Virus record (IMG/VR): IMGVR_UViG_3300020473_002200
Span: 32,001 to 96,000 of that record
Length of the DNA stretch: 64,000 nt
Direction: 5' to 3' (one strand)
Origin: a virus
The notes under the pieces are model-generated. The model had not been told where the DNA came from, did not search any database, and worked only from the letters and a program-made list of their open reading frames with translations. Position numbers and translations under genes: made by a program. This document shows positions 41,066 through 49,260 of this stretch, piece after piece; the first letter of the stretch is position 1; the number at the start of each line of letters is the position of its first letter.

Positions 41066-42976
41066 ATGAGTTTTTCATTAGATACGTTGACGGAAGGTAT
41101 CAAGGCACGCAATGTGGGTCAGGGTAATCGTCGACTATTAGAAAAATGGGGACGTACGGGTCTCCTTCGCGGTTTGGAAGCTACCAACCGTGAGAATATG
41201 GCTACCCTTCTGGAAAACCAGGCGGGTCAGGCCCTTCGCGAAGCTTCTGCCCTCGCAGGTGGAGCTAATTCAGACATTCGCGGCTTTACGAACATTGCAT
41301 TTCCAATCGTTCGTCGCGTATTCGGTTCATTGATTGCCAATGAGCTTGTTTCAATCCAGCCAATGAGTCTTCCTTCTGGTCTGCTCTTTTACTTGGATTA
41401 CACATATGGCTCAGGTGTTGGTGCTGACGGTTCTCTGACTGAGAATGCTTATGATGCTGGCCAGTCAATCTATGGTTTACCAACAAACCCAGGTAAGAAC
41501 GGCCCAGCTCAGGCAGTCGGTGGTCAGTATGACCTTGCTGGTTCTGGTTACTCACGTCCGCACAAGAAATTAACTGCTGCTGCGATGAATGACGTTGAGG
41601 CAACCGTAGCGTTTAAGCCAGGTACACAGCTTAGTAACACTGATGCTGTATCTGCTAGTAAGCTGGTTTCTGCTGATTCTGCATGGATCAGCTACGACCC
41701 ACAGATTCAGGCCTTGATTGACGCCGGCGGCGACGCTGGTAACTTTGGTCTCTTGTCAATTCCAATTGCGGTTTTCGCGGATGCTGACTTGGATCTTATT
41801 CGAGAAATCGCTTTCTGGGAACATGACGATGATGGAACAGACTTCTACGTCAATGTGGATGCGTCAATCCAGGGTGGCGAAGGTATCTTCAACGTTCGTC
41901 GTTTGACACGACTCTTAAAGGGTACTCTGGCTGAAATTCAGGCTGCTTCCAGTCCTGCAGATCTTCTCTGTGGTAAGGCTGAGGCTACTCACGTTCTTCT
42001 CGTTGTGAAGCTTGGCGCAGCAGCTACTCAGTTTACTGCCGCTGACTTCGGTGACGGTGCTAACGCTGAGTACGGTCTCTCTTTCGTTGAGAAGGCTGGT
42101 ACAAACCAGAATGATCTTTCATCAGTCGTTTCACCTGCTTTCGAATCAGCGTTTAAAGTCTCTGACGGTGATGGTAACGATGTTTCTGGTATTCCAGAAA
42201 TCGACATCAAGATTGAGTCCGTCTCAGTCGTTGCTCAAACACGTAAGCTCAAGGCCAAATGGTCTCCAGAGCTCGCGCAGGATTTGAATGCTTACCACAG
42301 CCTTGACGCTGAGGTTGAGCTTACTCAGATTCTTTCTGAGCAGGTTGCTCTAGAGATTGACCGAGAAATTCTTGGAGACCTTCTCATGAACGCCGGTGCT
42401 GCTAACTTCTTCTGGAGTCGCTCACCAGGTAACTTCGTTAATAAGCGAAGCGGTGCTGCAGTTTCAAGAGCTACTTCACTTCGCCCTGGCCCGGCTTTCA
42501 CCGGTACAGTTCGTGAGTGGTACGAGACTCTTGTTGAGACCATCATCGATGTTTCTAACGAGATTCATAGAAAGACACTTCGTGGCGCTGGTAACTTCAT
42601 CGTTGTTAGCCCTGAGGTTGCAACCATTCTTGAAGCTTCCGTGCTTTACAAGCCAGCTCTGAGCCTCGATAGTGATGGCCAGGTTGCTAGCCCAATGGTT
42701 CTCGGTGCCGAGAAGGTTGGTACTCTTTCAAGCCGTTTCACGGTTTATAAAGACCCATACTTCCCACGTCACAAGATCCTTGTTGGCTTCAAGGGAAGCA
42801 GCTACTTAGAGACCGGATATGTTTACGCTCCGTACGTACCATTGATTGTCACACCAACAATCTTCGCGCCTGAGGATTTCACCCCACGTAAGGGTGTTAT
42901 GACTCGTTACGGCAAGAAGATGGTTCGTTCTGACTTCTACGGTACCGTTACATGCTTGGACATGAACGTTATCTAA
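41066..42976 (+). CDS. Major capsid protein (T4 gp23-like)
   Basis: ELVSIQPMSLPSGLLFYL, TRKLKAKWSPELAQDL, ILSEQVALEIDREI, GYVYAPYVPL, FTPRKGVMTRYG. Confidence 0.95.
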   Translation: MSFSLDTLTEGIKARNVGQGNRRLLEKWGRTGLLRGLEATNRENMATLLENQAGQALREASALAGGANSDIRGFTNIAFPIVRRVFGSLIANELVSIQPMSLPSGLLFYLDYTYGSGVGADGSLTENAYDAGQSIYGLPTNPGKNGPAQAVGGQYDLAGSGYSRPHKKLTAAAMNDVEATVAFKPGTQLSNTDAVSASKLVSADSAWISYDPQIQALIDAGGDAGNFGLLSIPIAVFADADLDLIREIAFWEHDDDGTDFYVNVDASIQGGEGIFNVRRLTRLLKGTLAEIQAASSPADLLCGKAEATHVLLVVKLGAAATQFTAADFGDGANAEYGLSFVEKAGTNQNDLSSVVSPAFESAFKVSDGDGNDVSGIPEIDIKIESVSVVAQTRKLKAKWSPELAQDLNAYHSLDAEVELTQILSEQVALEIDREILGDLLMNAGAANFFWSRSPGNFVNKRSGAAVSRATSLRPGPAFTGTVREWYETLVETIIDVSNEIHRKTLRGAGNFIVVSPEVATILEASVLYKPALSLDSDGQVASPMVLGAEKVGTLSSRFTVYKDPYFPRHKILVGFKGSSYLETGYVYAPYVPLIVTPTIFAPEDFTPRKGVMTRYGKKMVRSDFYGTVTCLDMNVI

Positions 42977-43001
42977 TAGAGTAGAACAACTCTAAATTAA
43001 G

Positions 43002-43030
43002 GGGTGGCCTTTTGGCCACCCTTTTTTTTT
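43002..43030 (+). terminator. Rho-independent terminator after the MCP
   Basis: GGGTGGCC-TTTT-GGCCACCC followed by T9. Confidence 0.9.
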
Positions 43031-43087
43031 ACTTTTTGCCGGTTTGGTGATATTTATTATTGAATATTCACGCCACTAGGAGAGTTT

Positions 43088-44647
43088 ATGAAATCTTTAA
43101 GAGAGCTTTACAACATTAAGGCCAGTAAAAGAAAGAAATTAACCCGTAAGGATAAGCTTCGCAATATATTAAAAGAAGCAGAAGCTGCCCTAACCCAACA
43201 GGTTCAAGATGCCGATGCTAAGCCTATTACACTTGTTGTTCTTTATGGACCACCAGCTGCTGGTAAAGGTGCTGCAAAGTCTGCTATTGGTGATTTTATA
43301 GGCGCAAACTCAGAGCAAAATTTTGAAGATTATTTAGATCAGCTTGCAGATCAAGGCCAAAAACAATTTCAAGAAGAAGATGCTGCTATGGTTAACATCA
43401 CTAGCAAATCATTAGCTCCTGCGATTTTTAAAGAGATAGAGGGAAGAGTATCTGGTGGGGAAGACTTCGACTCAATTATTGGTGATTATTTTCATGTGAA
43501 TGAAAAGGGTAAGAAATTTGAGCTAGGATCAATCCTTAGTAAGTCAGCATTTGAAAAACTTAAAGATGGCGGCGGCGCAAAAGAATTTGCGGATTTTCCT
43601 AACACTGCAGCGTTTTTTACTCAAGCTAGGGGTTTTTCAAAAGCTATTGATGGTTTAGATGATGATACTAATGCAATGATGGGTCCAAATGATGGTTCTC
43701 CAACGCTTGGTATTCGAGCCGCGGCAGCAGGTCGTTATATGGATGATGTTAAGAAAGAGCTTAAATCGCTAATGGGCGACGCAAAGGAAATTTCCGGAAC
43801 ACCTTACGCAACAGTATATTTAGCAGATCAAGCTGGGGAGTCAACAGCCGATACCGGTCGAATTGCAGCTCTTGGAGACTTAAAGGGAGACGCAGACTTC
43901 GCAGGTCTTAAGATCATTGGTGTTTATATCCACCAACCAGCTGAGCGCACACGTATAGCTAATCTTCACCGCGCATCGACTGGTGGTAGACGTGTCGCGC
44001 AATCTGAAGTTGAGCGTATCTTTGCGGCTGGTCCGGAGATAGATGGTTCTGGTAAAATCACAAAGAAGGGTGCAGCTATTGAAGCTATGGAAAGCGCAGG
44101 ATTTGATCAAATTCATCTCTATCATCCACCCAACCCGTTTGATCCAGAGGGTGTGAAAGTAAAGGGTCGACCAATTGGTAATGCTATTTGTGAACCGCTA
44201 GGCACAGGTACAGGACATCTTGACATTGAGGGTTGCGATGATGAATCTTCTGGTTCTAAAACTGGGGCTAGATCACTTAAGGGTATGGAGAAATATGCTG
44301 CTAAACAAGCAGAGTTAGATTCTGATGCTGTTGAAAAAGTCGGTGGTGGATTACCTACTGATTTAAGTGATGAAGAACAAGATAAAGTTATTGCCGCTTT
44401 CGAAAAGATGGGATTTTCTGGTGTTACAAAAGACAAATTGACAGATTATCTCCAAAGTGTTAAACCCCCATTCGTTAGAGGCGCAAAAAAGCACGGCCAA
44501 GTTCCGTGGAAAGATAGTCTTTTTGGCGATGGTACCAACCCAACGGAGAAAGTCACAATTAAAGATGAGTCCGCTCGCTCTAAAAAGACCAAAGACAATC
44601 TTCTTTTCGAGCGCTGGCGAAAAAATGCAGGCTTATTAAACGATTAA
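43088..44647 (+). CDS. Zeta-toxin/AAA_33-like P-loop kinase, 519 aa
   Basis: LVVLYGPPAAGKG P-loop; YLADQAG Walker-B-like strand; GVYIH...ANLHRASTGGRRVAQSEVERIF resembles the lid of zeta-toxin-type kinases. Confidence 0.65.
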   Translation: MKSLRELYNIKASKRKKLTRKDKLRNILKEAEAALTQQVQDADAKPITLVVLYGPPAAGKGAAKSAIGDFIGANSEQNFEDYLDQLADQGQKQFQEEDAAMVNITSKSLAPAIFKEIEGRVSGGEDFDSIIGDYFHVNEKGKKFELGSILSKSAFEKLKDGGGAKEFADFPNTAAFFTQARGFSKAIDGLDDDTNAMMGPNDGSPTLGIRAAAAGRYMDDVKKELKSLMGDAKEISGTPYATVYLADQAGESTADTGRIAALGDLKGDADFAGLKIIGVYIHQPAERTRIANLHRASTGGRRVAQSEVERIFAAGPEIDGSGKITKKGAAIEAMESAGFDQIHLYHPPNPFDPEGVKVKGRPIGNAICEPLGTGTGHLDIEGCDDESSGSKTGARSLKGMEKYAAKQAELDSDAVEKVGGGLPTDLSDEEQDKVIAAFEKMGFSGVTKDKLTDYLQSVKPPFVRGAKKHGQVPWKDSLFGDGTNPTEKVTIKDESARSKKTKDNLLFERWRKNAGLLND

Positions 44648-44693
44648 TTTTTAGCTATTATTATTCATTTTGTCTAAGCTAAAGGAGGCAAAC

Positions 44694-44993
44694 ATGGCTA
44701 CAGCTAAAAAGACTACAACGAAGACAACTGCTACAAAGGCAAAGACAACTGCTACAAAGGCAAAGACAACTGCTACAAAGGCAAAGGCGACCACCACTTC
44801 AACTTCTAAGACAGAAGTGGAGGCCCTTAAAAAGACTGTTGCGACTTTGAAAAATGAAGTTGCAAGTCTCAAAAAATCAATATCAGAAGTAAAAGATATG
44901 CAGCTAAGAGACGTTATTCTTACCTGGGCAGAAAGCCAACCTGACTTTAAGGTACTTCGTCGTTTACGAAGAGCCGGTATCACAAGAAGCTAA
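44694..44993 (+). CDS. Histone H1-like Lys/Thr/Ala-repeat protein with coiled coil
   Basis: GGAGG RBS favours the ATG at 44694; (KTTATKA)x3 followed by a heptad region. Confidence 0.65.
   Translation: MATAKKTTTKTTATKAKTTATKAKTTATKAKATTTSTSKTEVEALKKTVATLKNEVASLKKSISEVKDMQLRDVILTWAESQPDFKVLRRLRRAGITRS
44721..44783 (+). repeat. 21 bp tandem repeat x3
   Basis: AAGACAACTGCTACAAAGGCA repeated three times exactly. Confidence 0.95.
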
Positions 44994-45030
44994 TTCTTTT
45001 TGTAAATTCAATCTTTCTCTATAATTATTA

Positions 45031-45097
45031 GTAGGCCCGCATCATTTTTGATCAGCTGACCCTGCCAGCGGTGCGGAATCTTGCAGACAAAAAAGGA
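45031..45097 (+). ncRNA. Candidate structured cis-regulatory RNA with pseudoknot
   Basis: GC-rich island in an AT-rich gap. P1 CCGCAUC/GGUGCGG, P2 GCUG/CAGC, loop CUGC complementary to downstream GCAG; SD at 45093-45097. Confidence 0.5.
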
Positions 45098-45105
45098 GAA
45101 AGATC

Positions 45106-45552
45106 ATGCCAAAGATTCGACATATGGATACGAAGGGTCTCGTTCAAGAGACAGGATCAGGAGTTACTTTAGAGCAAGGAGCTCTCACTAGAACTATTAG
45201 TCACATCACAGCAACCGTGAATACCGCTAATGGAACAACAACAACAGATTTAGGCATTACCCCACCAGCTGGTTCACGTGCTTTAGGTTGGAAGATAGAA
45301 GTATTAGAAGTTACCGGCGCCGTTGCAGGTAATATTACTGATCTGGGGATTAAGGGCGTTGACGATGACGCAATATCAGGTACTATTGCGCTAGCTGGTA
45401 ATGCTGTGGCATCTCTAGCGGGAGCCGCAGTCGCCGCGACAAGAGACATCGACATGCCGGCTACGGAATTAATGATAACCCATGGCGACCCTGGTGCCGA
45501 AGGTCGTTCTTCTAAGGTTAGAGTTACAGTTCTTTTAGAAACTTGGGCTTAA
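45106..45552 (+). CDS. Probable capsid decoration/cement protein, paralogue 1
   Basis: Beta-rich, 148 aa, downstream of the MCP; AAGGAG RBS. Confidence 0.5.
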   Translation: MPKIRHMDTKGLVQETGSGVTLEQGALTRTISHITATVNTANGTTTTDLGITPPAGSRALGWKIEVLEVTGAVAGNITDLGIKGVDDDAISGTIALAGNAVASLAGAAVAATRDIDMPATELMITHGDPGAEGRSSKVRVTVLLETWA

Positions 45553-45561
45553 GGGTAAATT

Positions 45562-45999
45562 ATGAAAATTGAAATGACAGATGTAAAAGGTCTTGTAACA
45601 GATGGCACAGGTACAGGCCAAGTTTTAACACAGGGTGCAATTACAAGAACAATTAGCCACCTCACTGCGACACTTACGCTTGCAGACGGTACACAAAATG
45701 ATACTACGATTAATATTCCGGCAGGCGCTCTATGTCTAGGCTGGAAAGTCGAAGTTTTAACAGCTGGCGCGACTGATGTAAATATTACGTCGTTGGGTGC
45801 GGCCGCTGGTGGTGATATTAATATACTTTCTGGAGACTTCACGTTACCAAATGAAGCTGTTGGCACCGCGGCAGGTGCGTGTGATGCTCTTGTAAGAGAC
45901 GCCGCAGTTGGTGCATTAGACCTGTACGTTCACCATGGTGACGTAAATGCAGGCGGCGCTAAGATCAGGGTTTCAGTTATGATCGAGCAATGGTCGTAA
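45562..45999 (+). CDS. Probable capsid decoration/cement protein, paralogue 2
   Basis: Shares KGLV, QGA.TRTISH.TAT, PAG...LGWK.EVL, HGD and a terminal E.W with 45106..45552. Confidence 0.5.
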   Translation: MKIEMTDVKGLVTDGTGTGQVLTQGAITRTISHLTATLTLADGTQNDTTINIPAGALCLGWKVEVLTAGATDVNITSLGAAAGGDINILSGDFTLPNEAVGTAAGACDALVRDAAVGALDLYVHHGDVNAGGAKIRVSVMIEQWS

Positions 46000-46028
46000 T
46001 TCGATAACATATTTCTCACATCTTCAAG

Positions 46029-46071
46029 ATATTCTCACTCCTGTTCCATATTTAGATCAGGAGTGAGATAT
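46029..46071 (+). promoter_or_regulatory. RBS-sequestering hairpin with the late-promoter motif in its loop
   Basis: TCTCACTCCTG 46033-46043 / CAGGAGTGAGA 46058-46068: perfect 11 bp; ATATTTA at 46048-46054. Confidence 0.7.
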
Positions 46072-47245
46072 GTCTTCATTTTCTAATACATTTAGGCCAA
46101 CGCCCTTCGGTTTTTTTGACGAAGATCAGGATTTTATTCGCGAAGCGGATTCAATGGTGACTTTTGTTAAAAGAAAATTGGGTGATGATATTCTTAGTGT
46201 CGAACTAACCAAGAAACAGGTATGGGCTTGCTTTGAAGAATCATTCCTCGAGTATGGCAGAATCGTCTTAGAAGCTCACGGAAAGTCGCAATTAACCAAT
46301 TTATTAGGTATTCCAACTGGATCACTTTCTGGGGCACAAGAACTTCACCCAAGACAAAATCTTGAATTTCTAATGCGCGCAGCTGAACCATATGCTGGTG
46401 AAGCTGGTGTGGGTGGCTCATATGAAATAGTTTCAGGTTCAATTGAGCTGGAGACAGGCCGACAAGATTATGATATCTATAAAGAGTTAAAAGATTCTAG
46501 CGGAGATCTAATAGTCAGTAGTAGCCTAAATTCTCCACGTACTCGAATGAAGATAATGGAGGTTATGCACTTTTCACCTATGGCTGCTTATCGTTTTTTC
46601 GATACCACGTCAGCCATAAACTATCTAAATAATGAGTTTTCATTCGAGTCATTTACACCTGAAACAGTTTTCTATGTGCTTCCAGTTTTTGAAGATATTC
46701 TTCGTGCCGGCCAGATGGATATTAGTAACAGAGTTAGAAGGTCAAATACATCATATCAGCTTGTTGGTGGAAAACTTCGCATCTTCCCAGTGCCGATGGA
46801 CACATCTGAGAAAAAGAAACTTTGGGTCAAGGTTATGTTTAATCCTGATCCGCTAAAGCCTCATATCGGAGAAGATGGCACAATATACGGCGTATCAAAC
46901 TTATCGAACGTTCCATTTGGCAATTTAAGATATTCGAAAGTGAATGAAATTGGTAGACAGTGGGTTCGTCAATACGGATTAGCACTTTCGAAAGAGCTTT
47001 TAGGGTTGGTTAGATCTAAGTTTTCTAGCGTACCTATCCCCGATGGTGATCTATCGCTAAATGGCTCTGACCTAATATCACAAGGTCGTGAAGATCAAAA
47101 TAATTTAAGAGATAAAATGGTCGAACTTCTTGACACATTGTCTTATGGTAACCTATTAAAGAGCGAAGCCGAATCGGCCGAAGCGATAAAAACAGTTTTA
47201 AAGTCAGTTCCAGTTCCTTTAGGTAAAGCAATAGTGATGGGATGA
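46070..47245 (+). CDS. Neck / head-tail adaptor protein (T4 gp13-like)
   Basis: VKRKLGDDILSVELT, WVRQYGLALSKELLG.VRSKF, DLSLNGSDLISQG; position after the head genes. Confidence 0.75.
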   Translation: MSSFSNTFRPTPFGFFDEDQDFIREADSMVTFVKRKLGDDILSVELTKKQVWACFEESFLEYGRIVLEAHGKSQLTNLLGIPTGSLSGAQELHPRQNLEFLMRAAEPYAGEAGVGGSYEIVSGSIELETGRQDYDIYKELKDSSGDLIVSSSLNSPRTRMKIMEVMHFSPMAAYRFFDTTSAINYLNNEFSFESFTPETVFYVLPVFEDILRAGQMDISNRVRRSNTSYQLVGGKLRIFPVPMDTSEKKKLWVKVMFNPDPLKPHIGEDGTIYGVSNLSNVPFGNLRYSKVNEIGRQWVRQYGLALSKELLGLVRSKFSSVPIPDGDLSLNGSDLISQGREDQNNLRDKMVELLDTLSYGNLLKSEAESAEAIKTVLKSVPVPLGKAIVMG

Positions 47246-47249
47246 CATA

Positions 47250-47924
47250 ATGGCAAGACTTTTTATAACGCCAAGAGAAATTGACTTTATTTCTGATTTA
47301 ACAAAAGAGATTAATAAAGACGTAATAGGTCAAAAGGTTTTTTACTATAAGATTAGACCTGACTTAACCGATATACATGAAATTTATGAAGAAGCGATGA
47401 CAAAGGTTTTTAATCCGCCCGTAGAAGTTGAGGCTCGGGTTGATTGGGATCCTTCTGAAATTAAGACAACCAGATTTGGTACTGAAACAGTAAAAACGAT
47501 TCAGGTTTATATTCATTATCGTGATTTGCTGGATAGAAATCTTGAAATACAAGAGGGCGATTATATAAGTTACGGTAATATATTCTTCGAAATAACTAGT
47601 TCTATATTTACTTCGCTCATATTTGGGCAAGTCGAGTATAAGACTGGTCTTAAGCTGGCTTGTAAGCAGGCACGTAAGGGTCAAATAGACTTCAAGGTCC
47701 ACGGCCCAACAGACGAAGGTGATACCACTCCAGATGCCGTTCAAAAGACGTTTGTTCAGCAAAGGGGAAGCGCGATTAATAACGAGGGTGAAACCGGCGA
47801 TAAGCGCGCTTTAATTGAACAAGGTAAAGTAACCCCTGTAGAAGATGGTCCCGCTGAGGTATCTGAGCGTGGTGATAGCGCAAAAATAAGTTCTTCTTTC
47901 TATGGTGATGATTATGACGTCTAG
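47250..47924 (+). CDS. Head-closure / neck protein (T4 gp14-like)
   Basis: EINKDVIGQKVFYY, IQEGDYI.YG..FFEI; gene order. Confidence 0.65.
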   Translation: MARLFITPREIDFISDLTKEINKDVIGQKVFYYKIRPDLTDIHEIYEEAMTKVFNPPVEVEARVDWDPSEIKTTRFGTETVKTIQVYIHYRDLLDRNLEIQEGDYISYGNIFFEITSSIFTSLIFGQVEYKTGLKLACKQARKGQIDFKVHGPTDEGDTTPDAVQKTFVQQRGSAINNEGETGDKRALIEQGKVTPVEDGPAEVSERGDSAKISSSFYGDDYDV

Positions 47925-49176
47925 ATACAAAGTAAAAAAAGGATCTGGCGGAAAAGCCGATATCGGATATCAGGAGGGAGAACAGGTCTCAGCTCTCGAT
48001 ATTCCTTCATGTACAATCGAGGATGTCGATCGCTCAGTTTTTAATTTATTTGAACATAGTTTAGATTTTACTGTTAAGAGTAATAAAAAGCCCACAAAGG
48101 TTCCAGTAATATTTGCAACAGGCGAGCGCTTTGCATTATTGGCTAGAAAAAAGCCGCTTAGGGATGCTTCATCTGCATTAATACTTCCTCTAATATCCAT
48201 TATGAGAACAGCGGTAGACCAATCCCAGGGCATCGGTGAAAATGTTCCTCTTATTGTAAAGAAAAGATTGGCTCCTGAAGATGCATCATATCAAGCCTAT
48301 GTAAACAAACAAGGTCTTATGAATGACGACAATCTAGTGTCTGCTGAAAATCTTGAATCTGATGATTGTCCAAACCACGAAAACGCCTCTGCGAAAAAGC
48401 TTAAGGTGAAAATGGGCGAACCAGGACCTTCTAATCCCCTTATTGGAAAAGATATAACGTATAATATATTCGAGATTTTTGAAATACCACCTGTTAAGCA
48501 TTTCACTGCGACGTATGAAGTAACGTTTTGGTGCCAGTATACCCAGCAAATGAACAGTATGTTAACAATTTTAATGGGAGGTTATACAAATAATAATCGC
48601 CCATCTTTTAAGCTGGAAACAGATAAGGGATATTTCTTTACTGGCTTTGTGGAGGATGGGTTTTCTCCAGATGTAAATTTCGATGATTTTACCGAAGACG
48701 AAAGATTAGTAAAGTGTAGTATTAATATGAAAGTCCAGGCGTATCTAGTTGCGCCTAGAAGTATAGGGCAACCGACGCCGATTAGAAGGTATGTTTCGGC
48801 TCCCAATATTTCTTTTACGATTCATGAAGGATTTGATGTTGTGGGATCTGGAGTAACTCCAGTTGTAGATTCGAACAATCCAACCGATCATGTACTTAGT
48901 GATTTAAGTCATGAGTTAGACGGAGGCCCAAAAAGAGGTGTAAGTGAAACTATATACCAACAAATTGACAGTAATTTGGATTCTTTGGGTACTACGACAT
49001 TAAATAATAATATAGGGTCGATGGGTACTTTGCATAAAGTTAAAGGCCGCGACCCGATTACAGGAAGAGAGCGTAACGTGGAAGTAAGAGTCGCTGATCA
49101 AAATAGAAAGTCTGGTGAGACTGTCTTAAGGGCATATGACTTTATAATTAAACTAGAAGACTTAATTAAGAAATAA
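47914..49176 (+). CDS. Tail terminator / sheath stabiliser (T4 gp15-like)
   Basis: VPVIFATGERFA...LILPLISI, YEVTFWCQYTQQMN; GGTGA RBS favours the ATG at 47914. Confidence 0.65.
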   Translation: MTSRYKVKKGSGGKADIGYQEGEQVSALDIPSCTIEDVDRSVFNLFEHSLDFTVKSNKKPTKVPVIFATGERFALLARKKPLRDASSALILPLISIMRTAVDQSQGIGENVPLIVKKRLAPEDASYQAYVNKQGLMNDDNLVSAENLESDDCPNHENASAKKLKVKMGEPGPSNPLIGKDITYNIFEIFEIPPVKHFTATYEVTFWCQYTQQMNSMLTILMGGYTNNNRPSFKLETDKGYFFTGFVEDGFSPDVNFDDFTEDERLVKCSINMKVQAYLVAPRSIGQPTPIRRYVSAPNISFTIHEGFDVVGSGVTPVVDSNNPTDHVLSDLSHELDGGPKRGVSETIYQQIDSNLDSLGTTTLNNNIGSMGTLHKVKGRDPITGRERNVEVRVADQNRKSGETVLRAYDFIIKLEDLIKK

Positions 49177-49260
49177 AATATGACGAACCACGAGAAACTA
49201 GAGATTTTAGAAAATAGTTATTATGTGGTTGCATAAGTAAATCACAGGAGAATCCATAAT

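Noticed and set aside
45031-45090. Leader RNA as a hammerhead or HDV-like ribozyme
   Set aside because: It lacks CUGAnGA/GAAA for a hammerhead, and the P1.1 GG and catalytic J4/2 for HDV; kept only as an unclassified structured RNA.
49180-49236. 18-codon ORF MTNHEKLEILENSYYVVA upstream of sheath 1
   Set aside because: No SD, too short to judge, and it overlaps the putative promoter motif of the sheath gene; an ATAATTA at 49144 is the only supporting hint.
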